A stretch of 7,694 nucleotides of DNA, the filler included, from a bacterium (lineage in GTDB: Bacteria; JALSQH01), in the NCBI GenBank assembly GCA_027004335.1. It is 2 parts of 2 records of this genome, joined end to end, with 100 filler letters (N's around TTAATTAATTAA, not from the genome) between each part and the next. Parts side by side here need not be neighbours in the genome. Positions count along the whole stretch, not along the records: positions 5,874 to 7,694 come from JALTID010000262.1; 1 more part is not named here. The stretch is one strand, 5' to 3'. The notes under the pieces are model-generated. The model worked only from the letters and a program-made list of their open reading frames with translations, was not told the origin of the DNA and searched no databases. The position numbers were made by a program, and so were the translations under genes. Numbering within the stretch: the stretch's first letter is position 1; each line of letters starts with the position of its first letter. This document shows positions 5,874 to 7,694 of this stretch, piece after piece.

Positions 5874-6730
5874 TTTATAAGCAGGTTCACAAACTCCTCA
5901 ATAGCTTCCTTCCAGTGTCTTAAATTGGTCCCCTTTACACTTGTCAATGGAGACCAGAGGGGTCTTTTAGCTTTTGATGGAAACTGAGTATGTGAGACGG
6001 GGGTTATTTTGCATTCTATTCCTGCAAATTCCACAATAGCCTTAGCAAAATCATACCAGGTGGCAACCCCCTGGTTGGTTACATGATATATACAGGGCGG
6101 GAAATTATCCTGTTGCCTGAGCATCTCCCATATTTTTACTGCTATATCTTTTGTGGATGTGGGACTCATAAAAATATCATTAACAACTGAGAGTTTCCCC
6201 TCTTCTCTGGCTTTTTTGAGGATAGTATAAACAAAATTTCCCCCTTTCCCTGATGCTCCTGCCTTCCCATAGAGGCTTGCCACCCTTAAAATATAAAATT
6301 TCTCAAGGTAGTTTTTAATTATAGTTTCTCCAGCCAGTTTGGATATGCCGTATATGTTCAAAGGATTTGGTGTGTCTTCTTCTGTGTATGGCTCACGGGA
6401 GGAGAATTTTGCCCCATCAAATACATAATCTGTGCTTATATGAATGAGGAAAGTATCATTTTTCTCAGCGAATTCCACTAAGTATTTTACCCCGGTGCTA
6501 TTAATATTAAAAGATTTTTCCACCTCATCTTCGCATTGATCTGTTTTGTGAAAAGCCGCTGTGTTGATAATCACATCTGGTTTGAGATTTTCCAGAACCT
6601 CATTTATCTTCTCCCTATCAGTTATATCAAGCTCTGAATGAGAAAGTGGAATCACCTCTAACTGCTCATCTTTAGTTGCAATCAAATCAGTGGCTAATTG
6701 CCCTCTACCTCCCGTTATTACGACTTTCAC
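5874..6730 (-). CDS. rfbD: dTDP-4-dehydrorhamnose reductase (RmlD/RfbD family); extreme 3' end lost in the spacer
   Basis: Motifs VVITGGRGQLA, ELDITD, PDVIINTAA, HISTDYVFDG, catalytic PLNIYGISKLAGE, GNFV, VVNDIFMSPT, TWYDFA and AKRPLWS. The GTG start overlaps the upstream TGA (GTGA, 6727-6730). The ORF-track end at 5822 is an artefact of the spacer. Confidence 0.9.
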
Positions 6731-7694
6731 ACTTCTACCCCTTCATCTATCAGTTTCTGGTACCATTTAACTGTGATTGTTGTGGGATCATCTGGTTTAA
6801 CTTTTCCCTCTTTAAGGGCATTCCACACCTCCACAGCACCTTTTTCTGCATTGTAGTCTGGTGTAAATCCAAGCACTTCTTTTATCTTTGTAAAATCAAC
6901 TCTGTATGATCTGGTATCAGGATCTCCATACCATTCATATTCAAATGGTATCCCAACAGCATTTGCCACTCTTTTTGCTAAATCAAAGATCTGATAATTC
7001 TGCTCATTGGAACCCACATTGAAAATTTCCCCATTTACCTTCTCCGGATCAGCTCTTAGGATCATCCTCATAGCCTTTGAGGTGTCTCTTACATGTACAA
7101 AGGGTCTCCATTGAGTCCCATCTCGTAGAATGGGGATCTTGCCATTTACAAAGAATCCCTTCACCATTCCATTAATTGCAAGATCGAACCTCATTCTTGG
7201 AGACAACCCATAGACAGTTGCCTGTCTGATAACTGTTACCACAAAGTTGTTGTCAGATAGAGTAAAGACATCATACTCTGCCTGTAGATTAGCCTTTGCA
7301 TAGGTTGTTAGTGGGTTAAGAGGAGAAGTCTCATTTACAAGATCATCCTGAAATCCATACACACTGCAGGAAGAGGGAAGTATGTATCTTTTCACCCCCA
7401 TTGCTTTTGCCAGAGAGGCAATTCTTGATCTTCCCAGATGATTTATTGACCATGTTCTTATGGGATCCAGCTCCCCTGCCGGGTCATTGGATAGAGCTGC
7501 TAAATCTATTACGGCATCAATTCCTTCAAAAATTTCTCTCCCTATCCATCTGATGTCACCTTCTACTATTTCAAGATTTTCATTGGGCTCAGGTAATCTG
7601 TTTTTACCAAAGAAAAATCTATCCAGTACCCTTACTTTAAATCCATTTTCTATTAAGGTTGGTACCAATACGCTACCAATGTATCCGCCACCAC
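6727..7694 (-). CDS. NAD(P)-dependent nucleotide-sugar epimerase/dehydratase (extended SDR), 5'-truncated at the window edge
   Basis: The frame stays open upstream of the tracked start at 7668 and reads GGGYIGSVLVPTL, the Rossmann glycine motif. Then VRVLDRFFFG, GDIR, DLAALSNDP, SSCSVYG, PLTTYAKAN, RQATVYG.SPRMRFDL, DGTQWRPFVHVRD, FNVG and DTRSYRVDF. Confidence 0.9.
   Translation of the reverse strand, partial: GGGYIGSVLVPTLIENGFKVRVLDRFFFGKNRLPEPNENLEIVEGDIRWIGREIFEGIDAVIDLAALSNDPAGELDPIRTWSINHLGRSRIASLAKAMGVKRYILPSSCSVYGFQDDLVNETSPLNPLTTYAKANLQAEYDVFTLSDNNFVVTVIRQATVYGLSPRMRFDLAINGMVKGFFVNGKIPILRDGTQWRPFVHVRDTSKAMRMILRADPEKVNGEIFNVGSNEQNYQIFDLAKRVANAVGIPFEYEWYGDPDTRSYRVDFTKIKEVLGFTPDYNAEKGAVEVWNALKEGKVKPDDPTTITVKWYQKLIDEGVEV

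Noticed and set aside
6676..6909. 77-aa + strand ORF with several Cys
   Set aside because: Antisense to the rfbD/SDR junction; TTG start, no RBS, no credible metal-binding pattern.

Overview
AT-rich bacterial genomic DNA from a draft assembly or MAG. It contains a 10-N gap (1590-1599) and an artificial 100-nt spacer (44 N + TTAATTAATTAA + 44 N, 5774-5873), so the parts left and right of that spacer need not be neighbours. The left segment begins with a 5'-truncated alpha/beta hydrolase overlapping a gene for an MshEN/GspE_N + acidic linker + DUF4388 signalling-type protein. Convergent with these are a long-chain acyl-CoA synthetase and glmU on the minus strand, each with its own sigma70-like promoter. 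Next come an intergenic stretch that looks like the decayed left end of an IS256-family element (TIR, promoter, RBS-sequestering hairpin, short ORF running into the acyl-CoA synthetase start), a probably leaderless PAP2 phosphatase gene, and the first 28 codons of an HU gene missing from the ORF track. The right segment holds two coupled nucleotide-sugar genes: a 5'-truncated extended SDR with an atypical YxxxN catalytic motif, and an RmlD/RfbD-type reductase cut by the spacer. Most of the window is housekeeping. I cannot support a clear novel multi-gene system. The best leads are the IS256-like remnant, the ATPase-less MshEN-DUF4388 protein and the YxxxN SDR.
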